A stretch of DNA of 64,000 nucleotides. Origin: Candidatus Poribacteria bacterium (GTDB lineage: Bacteria > Poribacteria > WGA-4E > WGA-3G). Position numbers and translations under genes: made by a program. The notes under the pieces were generated by a model. That model ran no database searches. It was given only the letters and a program-made list of their open reading frames with translations, and was not told the origin of the DNA. Position 1 is the first letter of the stretch, and each line of letters starts with the position of its first letter. Below, piece after piece: positions 9,178-18,452 of the stretch. Location: NCBI GenBank assembly GCA_965197475.1, contig CBDANF010000002.1, forward strand, positions 896,001 to 960,000, given 5' to 3'.

Positions 9178-10771
9178 AGTTGTTGGAATAGATTTAGGAA
9201 CGACATTCTCCGCGATTGCGTATGTCAACGACCATGCACAGGAGGAGATTATCCCGAATGCTGAAGGTGACCGCACGACTCCATCAGTGATCATGTTTGA
9301 AGATGAGAACGTTGTCGTTGGGAAAATTGCCAAGCAGAATGCAAGTGCGGTGCCAGAACAGATTGTTGAATTCGTTAAACGCGAGATGGGGAAATCCAAA
9401 GAAGAGTACTCCCGTGAGTATGGCGGCAAGGTGTATTCGGCTGAAGAACTCTCCGCGCTGATTTTACAGAAACTCAAACAGGATGCTGAAGCGGAGCTTA
9501 ATGAAGAAATCACGGATGCGGTCATTACTGTCCCCGCCTATTTCAAGGATGCAGAACGAGAGGCAACACGGAATGCTGGGAAAATCGCGGGATTAAATGT
9601 CTTGCAAGTAGTGAATGAACCGACCGCTGCTGCACTTGCTTACGGGATTGATCAACACGGTAGCGATCAGACTGTGTTTGTGTTTGACCTCGGCGGTGGA
9701 ACGTTCGACGTGGCCATCATGAGGGTTTCTGGGTCCGAGTTAGAGATGATTGCAACAAACGGAGACCACAGACTCGGTGGAAAGGACTGGGACGATAAGA
9801 TTATCACGTTTGTAGCTGATACGTTTCAGAATGAACACCGTGTAAATCCGTTGCTGGACCTTCATGCATATCAGGAAATCCAACTGAGTGCAATTAGTGC
9901 GAAAGAGTCTTTATCGCAACGACAAAAAGCTCGTATCAGATGTAGCCACGATGGCAAAAGTAGCAATGTTGAGGTAACGCGAGAAAAGTTTGAAGAACTC
10001 ACTGCAGATTTGGTCGAAAGATGCAGTTCCCTCTGTGTTATCGTTCTTGATGAAGCTGGGATGACGTGGGAAGATATTGATACGGTGTTAATGGTCGGTG
10101 GTTCAACACGCATGCCGATGGTGCAAGAGATGGTTACAAAGATTAGCGGTAAAGATATCAACCCGCGGGAGGTCAATCCTGATGATGCGGTAGCACTCGG
10201 TGCAGCAATCCAGGGTACACTCCGTCAACTTGAGGAAGTAGTGATTGAAGGCAAAGATGATACAACAAAGGAAGAAGATATTGCAGATGCTGTCATGGAG
10301 CGGTTCATTGCGCCTGACGGAGGTCTCGCAATAACGGTAACCGACCGTGCCACACACAACCTTGGGCTTGTGGTATATACATCCGCAGATAGTGAGGGGT
10401 CCATCCATGTGATGATTGCCAAGATGACATCCGTGCCATGTGAGGTTGAAGATCAGTTTGGAACACTCGTTGAAAAGCAATCTTCACTCCTGGTAGAGGT
10501 CATTCAAGGGCTTGAACAGGGTCAAGAAGAGGATGAAATTATCAAGTTTGAGAATCACAAGTTGGGTGAATGTCTCCTTGAATTGCCTCCTGGTCTACCA
10601 AAGGGAACACCCATTGATGTTACCTATAAGTATAACTTGGACCAAACGCTTGAGGTAACGGCAAAAGGACCGGATGGGCGCACAGCAAATGTGACGATTG
10701 ATCGTCCGACGCTTGACGAGGCTGAAGTTGCTGAAGCGATTACACACCTGCAAAGCCTGGAAGTTGAATAG
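9170..10771 (+). CDS. Second Hsp70-family protein, lidless
   Basis: All Hsp70 ATPase motifs present; SBD-beta present but the protein ends after one short helix. ATG at 9170 follows an AAGGAG RBS and overlaps the end of the grpE-like gene. Confidence 0.92.
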   Translation: MGKVVGIDLGTTFSAIAYVNDHAQEEIIPNAEGDRTTPSVIMFEDENVVVGKIAKQNASAVPEQIVEFVKREMGKSKEEYSREYGGKVYSAEELSALILQKLKQDAEAELNEEITDAVITVPAYFKDAEREATRNAGKIAGLNVLQVVNEPTAAALAYGIDQHGSDQTVFVFDLGGGTFDVAIMRVSGSELEMIATNGDHRLGGKDWDDKIITFVADTFQNEHRVNPLLDLHAYQEIQLSAISAKESLSQRQKARIRCSHDGKSSNVEVTREKFEELTADLVERCSSLCVIVLDEAGMTWEDIDTVLMVGGSTRMPMVQEMVTKISGKDINPREVNPDDAVALGAAIQGTLRQLEEVVIEGKDDTTKEEDIADAVMERFIAPDGGLAITVTDRATHNLGLVVYTSADSEGSIHVMIAKMTSVPCEVEDQFGTLVEKQSSLLVEVIQGLEQGQEEDEIIKFENHKLGECLLELPPGLPKGTPIDVTYKYNLDQTLEVTAKGPDGRTANVTIDRPTLDEAEVAEAITHLQSLEVE

Positions 10772-10791
10772 AGAATATGTTTAGTTTTCGG

Positions 10792-10846
10792 TTAGGCGCG
10801 TCCTAAAAGGATCTGTTTTCACACGCCAAACATTGTGACGCGCCTA
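10792..10846. terminator. Hairpin (REP-like or terminator) after second Hsp70
   Basis: TAGGCGCGTC ... GACGCGCCTA inverted repeat; reads GTAGGCGCG on the minus strand. Confidence 0.45.
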
Positions 10847-10860
10847 CAAAGGAGAAAATA

Positions 10861-11439
10861 ATGAAAATCAACCCATCATTCCATATCTTAGTCTTTTTCA
10901 TATCAATACTAACTTGTGTTGTCCCCCTTGCTACCTATGCACAACATAGCTCAACATCTACAAGAGTTAGACCTACTTCAGAAGGGAAGATACCAAGTGA
11001 AGTTTATTATGACGTAGGAATTTTCGCAGGTTTGGTCCCTGACAAGGATTTCATCGGCACCATTGGCTATAGGATTGGTCTGTCCTATGAGACACCATCT
11101 TATGCTATAGAGGTTAAAGGACTGATTTTCGCGACTGATCTTGTCCACTTCGCCGCTTCTTCGCTCGGTGCTCACTACTTCTTGAACAGACAGAATATTT
11201 CATCCTACGTGGGTGGTGGATACACCATATCCAGTACCTCCCATGGCACTTCGTATGGAAGAGGCATGGGTGTGTTTTTGATTACCGGACTACAGATGTT
11301 TCGTTTCAAGAAGCATCGCTTGAAATTCGAATTTCGTGTAGACAGACCTTTTTATACGTTGGATACCCTTAGTCCGACACCTATAACAATTGGCATCTTC
11401 TATTCACGTGATTTGAGAAGCATCTTAAGGTGGCGATAA
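10861..11439 (+). CDS. Secreted small beta-barrel/outer-membrane-like protein
   Basis: Signal peptide ending ATYA; alternating amphipathic strands (GAHYFLN, SYVGGG, LKFEFRVD). Confidence 0.55.
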   Translation: MKINPSFHILVFFISILTCVVPLATYAQHSSTSTRVRPTSEGKIPSEVYYDVGIFAGLVPDKDFIGTIGYRIGLSYETPSYAIEVKGLIFATDLVHFAASSLGAHYFLNRQNISSYVGGGYTISSTSHGTSYGRGMGVFLITGLQMFRFKKHRLKFEFRVDRPFYTLDTLSPTPITIGIFYSRDLRSILRWR

Positions 11440-11440
11440 A

Positions 11441-12910
11441 ATGATGAACTATTTTGGCGTGTTTGAACTCTCAATTGACGATATCCAAGGCAAAGATGAG
11501 ACAACTATTCAAAACCTTGTTACCGCCGCACACACAAGACTCTATAAACTAACAACAGGTTCGTATGCCAATGTGCCACGCCCGGATGGAAAAACCCAAG
11601 CACAGTGGCAGAAGATTCTGAATAACGCGAAGACTTCGCTGTTAGACCCGCAGAAGCGACGAGCACACATTGCAGAGTTGAAAGGTATCAGACGAGATGA
11701 ATTCATCAATCTTATCAACACGCTTAAAGCTGCATCGCCGACTATCACCCGTGAACAACATCGTGGATTTCTCCAACAAGCACAAGACGACTACGGACTC
11801 ACATCCCAGGAAGCCGAAGAAATCCTGCAAAATTCAGGATTGATGGTTACGGAGATATTATCGGATGTGAACAAAAAAGACAAAGATGGTTATACACCTT
11901 TGCATCAGACGGCAAATATGGATGATTATGGCGAAGCAGAAATATTAGTCGAAAAAAGTACTGATATTAACGCAGAGAATTATTTGGACTTTAGAAATCA
12001 GCAGCTGCACGATGCAATGTATGGACTTAGTCATAAATACGACATTATAGATGAATCGCTTGAAAACGGTGCTGATATCAACGCAAAGAACGAATATGGC
12101 AAAACACCACTACACATTGCGGTATCGAAAAATGAAGGTCAACGGTGGGATGACGCTTATTACGACCCAGACTACTCAGATCTGGTATTATACTTGCTTA
12201 GAAAAGGTGCAGACGTCAACGTATCTGACAGTTATGGTAATACACCGCTACACATTGTGACAAGGGGAGATACTGTTAATTACACAATAGCATTAGCATT
12301 GTTGGACAAAGGTGCGGACGTCAACGCAAAGAATGAAGATGACGATACACCATTACACAATAGTGCGGCGATGCCTGCGTTGAGTGCAGGCATCGCATCC
12401 ATGTTGCTTGAAAATGGTGCGGATGTCAACGCAAAGAATAAAGATGACAATACACCATTACACAATGCGGCGAAGAACAACGCGGCGAAACCTGCCGTGA
12501 TAGCAAGGATAGCATCCGTATTGCTTGAAAATGGTGCGGATGTTAACGCAAAAAATAAAGAGGGCGACACACCGCTGGACATCGCTTTGGAAATGGATAA
12601 TAAAAAGTTAGTAGCGGTGTTGCGTAAACGTGGTAAGCGAAAACCTATAGCAAATGAAAATAATGCTGATGTTAACACAAAGAACAATACGCGCAAACAA
12701 AGGGAGGATAAACCAAGACACTTAGTTTTGGCTTTGATCCTAAGCAGTTTGTGTTGCGGATTGTTTTGGGGTGGCATTAGTTCTGTAGTTGCTATTCCTT
12801 TTCTTATTTCTATAGGTGTAGGTGCTGCAGGTATTGTATTGTTTCTTGGTGTTATACTTGGGGGAATCTACGGATTCATATCTGTATGGCGTAATAGGGA
12901 CAAGGGATGA
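11441..12910 (+). CDS. J-domain-like module + helical domain + ~7 ankyrin repeats + two C-terminal TM helices
   Basis: N-terminal NYFGVFELS...LLDPQKRRAH; repeated TPLH...GADVNAKN; hydrophobic C-terminus. Confidence 0.85.
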   Translation: MMNYFGVFELSIDDIQGKDETTIQNLVTAAHTRLYKLTTGSYANVPRPDGKTQAQWQKILNNAKTSLLDPQKRRAHIAELKGIRRDEFINLINTLKAASPTITREQHRGFLQQAQDDYGLTSQEAEEILQNSGLMVTEILSDVNKKDKDGYTPLHQTANMDDYGEAEILVEKSTDINAENYLDFRNQQLHDAMYGLSHKYDIIDESLENGADINAKNEYGKTPLHIAVSKNEGQRWDDAYYDPDYSDLVLYLLRKGADVNVSDSYGNTPLHIVTRGDTVNYTIALALLDKGADVNAKNEDDDTPLHNSAAMPALSAGIASMLLENGADVNAKNKDDNTPLHNAAKNNAAKPAVIARIASVLLENGADVNAKNKEGDTPLDIALEMDNKKLVAVLRKRGKRKPIANENNADVNTKNNTRKQREDKPRHLVLALILSSLCCGLFWGGISSVVAIPFLISIGVGAAGIVLFLGVILGGIYGFISVWRNRDKG

Positions 12911-15342
12911 ACTATTTTGACGTGCTTGAACTCTCAATTGACAAAATACAAGGTCAAGACGAGGCAACTATTCAAAGCGATGTTACCGCCGCTCACAAGA
13001 GGCTCTATGCGCGCACGGTTGGTGCGTATGCCAACGTGCCACGCCCGGACGGAAAAACTCAAGCACAGTGGCAAGTAATCTTGAATGATGCGCGGGATAC
13101 CTTGTTAGACCCACAGAAGCGACAGGAGCATATTGCGCAGATTATACCAGATCCAGTCCCCGTTCCTAAGCCTGACCCAGACCTCATACCGGGAACACGC
13201 ACGAATGCTCGTCCTTTCTTAAAAGTGTCTATTGCTGCTGTCCTGTTCGCGCTCTCGGTTGTGGGTGGTATTGTTATTTATTCTGAATGGACAGCTGAAA
13301 GTACAAGACGCGCACAGGAACAAACCGAAACACAACGTCAAGGACAAGCAGCATTAGAAAAGCAGCGTCAAGAAAAGGCAGCAACGGAAGCACAACTCGC
13401 AGTAGAGAGAACGATACTCGCGGAGAGGCGCGATAAATTTATTGAGAAAATGGGATTTGCAGGCGCAACCGACCTACATGTTGCAGCAGGACTGAATCTG
13501 CCCCTACTGACTCAATCGTTCCTGGATCGGGGGGCGGATGTTAACGTGAATGATTACAATGGTGCAACTCCGCTGCACTATGCTGCAATTGAAAATGCAA
13601 ATGAAACAGCAACAGTTTTACTTAAAAACGGTGCTAAAGTAAATGAGCCTGCTCTCGCGGGATCTACCTACGTCATCACGCCGCTACACGAAGCGGCGGA
13701 ACACAATGCTGCTGAGACAGCAGAGGCGTTGCTGAATTACGGTGCAAATGTTAACGAAATGAACAAATATATTACATCACCGTTGCACTGGGCAGCAGAG
13801 GAGAACGCTTATGAGGTGGCAAAAGTGTTGCTGCAAAACGGCGCAAAGGTCAATGCTGAAACCGAATATGGTGAAACACCGCTGCATATGACAGCATGGA
13901 ACAATGCATATGAAACAGCGGAGGTACTTCTAAAAAACGGTGCACAAGCCAACGTAAGGGATGGAGAAAGTAAGACACCGCTTCACATGGCGGCAGAGAA
14001 AAATGCTCATGAAGTAGCGGGACTTCTATTGAAAAGTGGTGCACACGTCAACGCAAAGGATTACAAAAACAGAACACCACTATACTTTGCAGCAGAGCGC
14101 AATGCGCGGGAAATGGTAACCCTCCTACTAAATGCTTATCCAGCCACACCACTACATTTTGCTGCCAGAGACAATGACCATAAGACTGTAGAAACTTTAC
14201 TGGAAAACGGGGCAGATATCAATGAGAAGATAGAAGATGGTTTTACACCGCTGCACTTCGCGGTAAGAGCGAATGCTACTGCGACCGTGGAACTTCTGTT
14301 GATAAATAATACAGATGTTAACGCTAAAACCGTATACGGTGGCACACCACTACATGATGCAGCGATATACGATGTTTATGCAATAACGGAATTCTTGGTG
14401 CAAAACGGTGCTGATATAAACGCAAGGAACTCTTTTGGTAATACACCCCTACACGATGCAGCGTGGAATAGTGCATATAAGACAGCAGATATCCTACTCA
14501 ATTATGATGCTAATGTGAATGCAAAGAATGATACAGAAGAGGAATCTTTATATCTGAATTGGGGGAAAATGAGGAATGGCGAAACACCGCTACATATTGC
14601 AGCACTAAACAATGATGATAGGATGACAAAACTTTTACTAAAAAGTGGCGCGGAGGTAAACACAAAAGACAAGGATGGTGACATACCCCTGCACTATGCA
14701 GCTAAGAGAAACGGACATAAAACTGTGGAATTGCTAATCAATCACGGTGCAAGTGTCAACGAAAAAGGTGATTCATATTACGGTTATACTGCACTGCACT
14801 GGGCAGCGGAGAAAAACGCGTATGATACAATACAAATCCTACTAAGATACGGTGCTAAGGTCAACGCAAAGTGCAAACGTGGCAATACTCCGCTGCATTC
14901 GGCAGCAGATGGAAATGCTCGTGAAACATCGGAGTTATTACTAAAAAATGGCGCAGATGTCAACGCAAAGAATGAATCTAACGAGACACCGCTACATACC
15001 ATCACTACTCCGGAGTATCGTGATGATCCAAAGGGGTTTGTTGAGACAGTGGAGTTATTGCTCAACAATGGTGCGGCTGTCAACGCAAAGAATGAATCTA
15101 ACGAGACACCGCTACATAGGGTTTTAACTCCATTCGGTGTTGTTCATCATGACAGAAAGGGGTTTGTTGAGACAGTGGAGTTATTGCTCAACAATGGTGC
15201 GGCTGTCAACACAAAGGATAAAGATGGTAAGACACCGTTGCACAAGGCAACGGACTTGTACGAGAAAACGGTCGACACTGGACCACAAAAGGCTTATAAG
15301 AGAGTAGTAGATCTGCTGCACCAGCACGGTGGCATAAAATAA
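12907..15342 (+). CDS. J-domain-like module + TM helix + coiled coil + ~18 ankyrin repeats
   Basis: Same N-terminal module; TM VSIAAVLFALSVVGGIVIY; about 18 TPLH-type repeats; ATGA coupling to the upstream gene. Confidence 0.88.
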   Translation: MNYFDVLELSIDKIQGQDEATIQSDVTAAHKRLYARTVGAYANVPRPDGKTQAQWQVILNDARDTLLDPQKRQEHIAQIIPDPVPVPKPDPDLIPGTRTNARPFLKVSIAAVLFALSVVGGIVIYSEWTAESTRRAQEQTETQRQGQAALEKQRQEKAATEAQLAVERTILAERRDKFIEKMGFAGATDLHVAAGLNLPLLTQSFLDRGADVNVNDYNGATPLHYAAIENANETATVLLKNGAKVNEPALAGSTYVITPLHEAAEHNAAETAEALLNYGANVNEMNKYITSPLHWAAEENAYEVAKVLLQNGAKVNAETEYGETPLHMTAWNNAYETAEVLLKNGAQANVRDGESKTPLHMAAEKNAHEVAGLLLKSGAHVNAKDYKNRTPLYFAAERNAREMVTLLLNAYPATPLHFAARDNDHKTVETLLENGADINEKIEDGFTPLHFAVRANATATVELLLINNTDVNAKTVYGGTPLHDAAIYDVYAITEFLVQNGADINARNSFGNTPLHDAAWNSAYKTADILLNYDANVNAKNDTEEESLYLNWGKMRNGETPLHIAALNNDDRMTKLLLKSGAEVNTKDKDGDIPLHYAAKRNGHKTVELLINHGASVNEKGDSYYGYTALHWAAEKNAYDTIQILLRYGAKVNAKCKRGNTPLHSAADGNARETSELLLKNGADVNAKNESNETPLHTITTPEYRDDPKGFVETVELLLNNGAAVNAKNESNETPLHRVLTPFGVVHHDRKGFVETVELLLNNGAAVNTKDKDGKTPLHKATDLYEKTVDTGPQKAYKRVVDLLHQHGGIK

Positions 15343-15358
15343 GGAGGATTGACATAGA

Positions 15359-16711
15359 ATGGAAAACTATTTTGATGTACTTGAACTCTCAATTGATGAT
15401 ATTCAAGGCAAAGATGAGACAACTATTCAAAACCTTGTTAACGCCGCTCACAAAAGACTCTATGCGTTCACGATTGGTTCGTATGCCCCAGTGCCACGCC
15501 CGGACGGAAAAACCCAAGCCCAGTGGCAGGTAATCTTGAATAATGCGCTAAAAACCCTGTTAGACCCGCAGAAGCGGCAAGACCATATTGCGCAGCTGCA
15601 ACCGGATCCAGTCCCTGTTCCCTCGCGAACCATCATCAGGTTCCGAAACGGAGATGAAGCCACCAGCATACCTCAGTTGATAACCTTAATGGAAAAGAAC
15701 GCCAGTGAAGCTACCGATATACTCTATCAAGGTTATCTGGAACAAGGTCTGGCAGGAGCTGGAGAAACTCCCTTTGCCATTGCGGCGAAGGCGGTCGTCA
15801 GTCAATTTTCAAGTAATCGTTCCATAGGATTGATGGCGATGGTGGCAATTCTTCGCGGTAAAGTAAAAATGCACAGAGGTGGTGAAGCAAGCAACCCAAA
15901 ACAGCTGGCAAGTCTGATAGACCAGAATTGGGAAGATGCAAAAACACTTCTCTATAACGGATTTTTTGAGTTCTGGTTCGAATATACTAACCAAACACAA
16001 CTTGCGGGTACAACGAAAAAAATAACGAGCACCTTTAGGAACGAGCAAGACATCGGTTTAGAAGAACTTATTCAAAGACTTGACCCACAAATTGGGAAGC
16101 CGGAACCTGAGGTAAGTCACACCAAGTTGGACTTCGGGAGTATGATCAAAAAAAGTGAAAAAACGATCCGTTTAAAAATTAAGAATATTGGTCGGGGTTT
16201 TCTCTCTGGCGACGTCCAGATAGAAAGCGGGCTACCGGGTCTGCAGATTTCAGAGACTGAAATCATTGGGGACGGTGTTATCACTGTTAAATTAGATGCC
16301 AGTGCCCTAAAAGCCAAACAAACGCATAAAACGTCCCTTATTATTGACACCAATGCTGGAAATATAATAGTCCCGATTTCTTGCTACATTGATGATCCAA
16401 AGCAACAAGCTGTCCAACGCATCGCTATCAGTGGTTTCTCTGTGGCAGCGATAGCACTTGTTGCGCGCCTGATCGTTCAGCAATTCGTGAGTTCTGGGTG
16501 GTTAGCAACCGGTTTGACAGGGGCAGGTTTCACAGACTGGGCACAACATTGGAACTGGGTCAAATGGTTTGAATGGCCAGGTTTTGAATGGCAAGTCTAT
16601 ACACTTGGAGCATCCAGAGCTGATTTAGGATTTGTAATTGCGCTCACATCCCTCGGAGCAGGCGTATTTGTCTACTGGAAATATGTCTTCAAGAAAAATA
16701 GAGTTAGCTGA
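15359..16711 (+). CDS. J-domain-like module + duplicated helical domain + Ig-like (ASH/BACON-type) domain + TM helices
   Basis: Same N-terminal module; two internal repeats (GDEATSIPQL...LYQGYLE and GGEASNPKQL...LYNGFFE); LDFG...IKNIGRGFLSGDV; C-terminal hydrophobic segments. Confidence 0.75.
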   Translation: MENYFDVLELSIDDIQGKDETTIQNLVNAAHKRLYAFTIGSYAPVPRPDGKTQAQWQVILNNALKTLLDPQKRQDHIAQLQPDPVPVPSRTIIRFRNGDEATSIPQLITLMEKNASEATDILYQGYLEQGLAGAGETPFAIAAKAVVSQFSSNRSIGLMAMVAILRGKVKMHRGGEASNPKQLASLIDQNWEDAKTLLYNGFFEFWFEYTNQTQLAGTTKKITSTFRNEQDIGLEELIQRLDPQIGKPEPEVSHTKLDFGSMIKKSEKTIRLKIKNIGRGFLSGDVQIESGLPGLQISETEIIGDGVITVKLDASALKAKQTHKTSLIIDTNAGNIIVPISCYIDDPKQQAVQRIAISGFSVAAIALVARLIVQQFVSSGWLATGLTGAGFTDWAQHWNWVKWFEWPGFEWQVYTLGASRADLGFVIALTSLGAGVFVYWKYVFKKNRVS

Positions 16712-16894
16712 TGATTTGGGATGTTCCTATCAATCCGGCAATTGAATGGCTCTGGGTCAGGGGAACTTCGGTTCTCGACTATCAGTGTGTTCGTCGCGAT
16801 TCGGAGATCGCTCCTACAGCAGAGTAAATTGAATAAACCGCCAAAAAAATGGAAAACTAAATGGTTCTGACTATTCATAGCAAGGAGTTGCTAA

Positions 16895-18409
16895 ATGTTA
16901 GAAGAACTAATTATCCGTATCATGGGGCACGCCGTTGCGCAACGGATTTTCGGTCGCCGCTCAACCAATACGACTACAAATACACAACAACGTCGCGGTT
17001 GTTGGGATAGGTGGGGTAGATGGGGTTGTGCAATTGTTCTTGGTATTGTCGTTACTATTATTGCAGCGTTTTGGGCAATTGCTTTCGGGATTGTTGTTGC
17101 TGTCACATACACAGGGCTCAGTTTATATACCGGTTTGAAGTTCCTTGCTACGAATGCTTTTATTGCGCTGGATAAACTGTTTTATCCCGGATTTGAAGCA
17201 CCAACTGTTGTGGTTTGGGGGCTGTGGGGACTTGTCGGTGGTGCAGCGATCCAGGGATGCCGTGAATTGTTAAACTATGGACGAAAGGGAATGGGGATAT
17301 TGGTGGTGGTGCTTGCTCCCGTGATTTTATTTGTTCTTACAGGAATAGTTAAAAACAACATCAGTGTGCCGAATACATCAGATATAAAACCCATAACGAC
17401 AGTAGAACAAAAAACATCCAGACCAGAAACGGAACCTATAAAGACAACGAAACCGACACCATCTGCAACAGAGCAGACCACAACTGAACCTGAGAAGAAA
17501 CCTGTCAAGACGACAACACGTAGGGAACCGGTCCAAACTACCAAACGAAAAGACACCGCTCCAGTCAAACCTACGGAGCCGACACGGGTTACCACAAAGC
17601 AGAATACGGTTACGACACCGCCTGTAGCACCAAAACCCTCAACGCTTTCAGTACCTGTCGGTATGGTGTTGATTCCTGCTGGCGAGTTTCAGATGGGCAG
17701 CACCGACAACGCAGACGAGAAACCGGTGCACACTGTCTACACAGACGCTTTTTATATGGACAAATATGAGGTAACAAACGCGCAATATAAGGTGTTTATT
17801 GATGCGAACCCACAGTGGCGGAAAGACCGGATACCGACCAAATATCACGATGGCGATTACCTAAAACATTGGAATGGAAACAACTACCCAAGCGGAAAAG
17901 GCAACCATCCGGTGAACTATGTGAGTTGGTATGGCGCAATGGCTTATGCGAAATGGGCAGGCAAGCGGTTGCCAACAGAGGCTGAATGGGAGAAAGCCGC
18001 ACGCGGTGGATTAGTCAGCAAGAAATACCCATGGGGTAATGATATTGATCCCACAAAAGCAAATTATGATAAGAACGTTGGCAATACGAGGTTTGTAGGG
18101 TGGTATGGCGCCAATGATTATGGCTTGTATGACATGGCGGGGAACGTGCTTGAATGGTGTCTTGATAGGTATGATGAAAATTTCTATGGCACCGCCTCGC
18201 GACAGAATCCGATTGCAGGTGGAAACATAAAGGGTATTACAGGAAACTTTCTTAATAGTACAGCAACTCGTGTGTTGCGCGGTGGTTCATGGAGTGTCCT
18301 TGCACAAAACGTGCGTGTCGCTGATCGGACGAAGGGAAATCCTACGCTCTCTTACTTTGGGCTGGGGTTTCGGTGTGTGAGAGCAGTCCCACAGTCGGAT
18401 AGAGATTAG
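16895..18409 (+). CDS. Membrane protein with Pro/Thr/Lys-rich stalk and C-terminal FGE-sulfatase (SUMF1/CLec-fold) domain
   Basis: N-terminal TMs; FQMGS, YEVTNAQY, RLPTEAEWEKAARGG, GLYDMAGNV, RGGSW and GFRCV motifs; lacks the catalytic Cys pair after RGGSW. Confidence 0.88.
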   Translation: MLEELIIRIMGHAVAQRIFGRRSTNTTTNTQQRRGCWDRWGRWGCAIVLGIVVTIIAAFWAIAFGIVVAVTYTGLSLYTGLKFLATNAFIALDKLFYPGFEAPTVVVWGLWGLVGGAAIQGCRELLNYGRKGMGILVVVLAPVILFVLTGIVKNNISVPNTSDIKPITTVEQKTSRPETEPIKTTKPTPSATEQTTTEPEKKPVKTTTRREPVQTTKRKDTAPVKPTEPTRVTTKQNTVTTPPVAPKPSTLSVPVGMVLIPAGEFQMGSTDNADEKPVHTVYTDAFYMDKYEVTNAQYKVFIDANPQWRKDRIPTKYHDGDYLKHWNGNNYPSGKGNHPVNYVSWYGAMAYAKWAGKRLPTEAEWEKAARGGLVSKKYPWGNDIDPTKANYDKNVGNTRFVGWYGANDYGLYDMAGNVLEWCLDRYDENFYGTASRQNPIAGGNIKGITGNFLNSTATRVLRGGSWSVLAQNVRVADRTKGNPTLSYFGLGFRCVRAVPQSDRD

Positions 18410-18452
18410 ATCCTTCTATATGCCAACTAATGAATTCAAAGGAGATTAATTA

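Noticed and set aside
7477-9525. Long antisense ORFs over the Hsp70 genes (and similar shadow ORFs elsewhere)
   Set aside because: They fully overlap well-supported genes, lack recognisable motifs and reflect codon bias.
6140-10771. Housekeeping dnaK-grpE operon
   Set aside because: Both Hsp70s lack the lid and canonical linker, one carries vWA, and there is no canonical dnaJ or hrcA.
17650-18409. FGE-sulfatase domain as DGR target or as sulfatase maturase
   Set aside because: No reverse transcriptase or template repeat was found in the window, and the catalytic cysteine pair of true FGE is absent.
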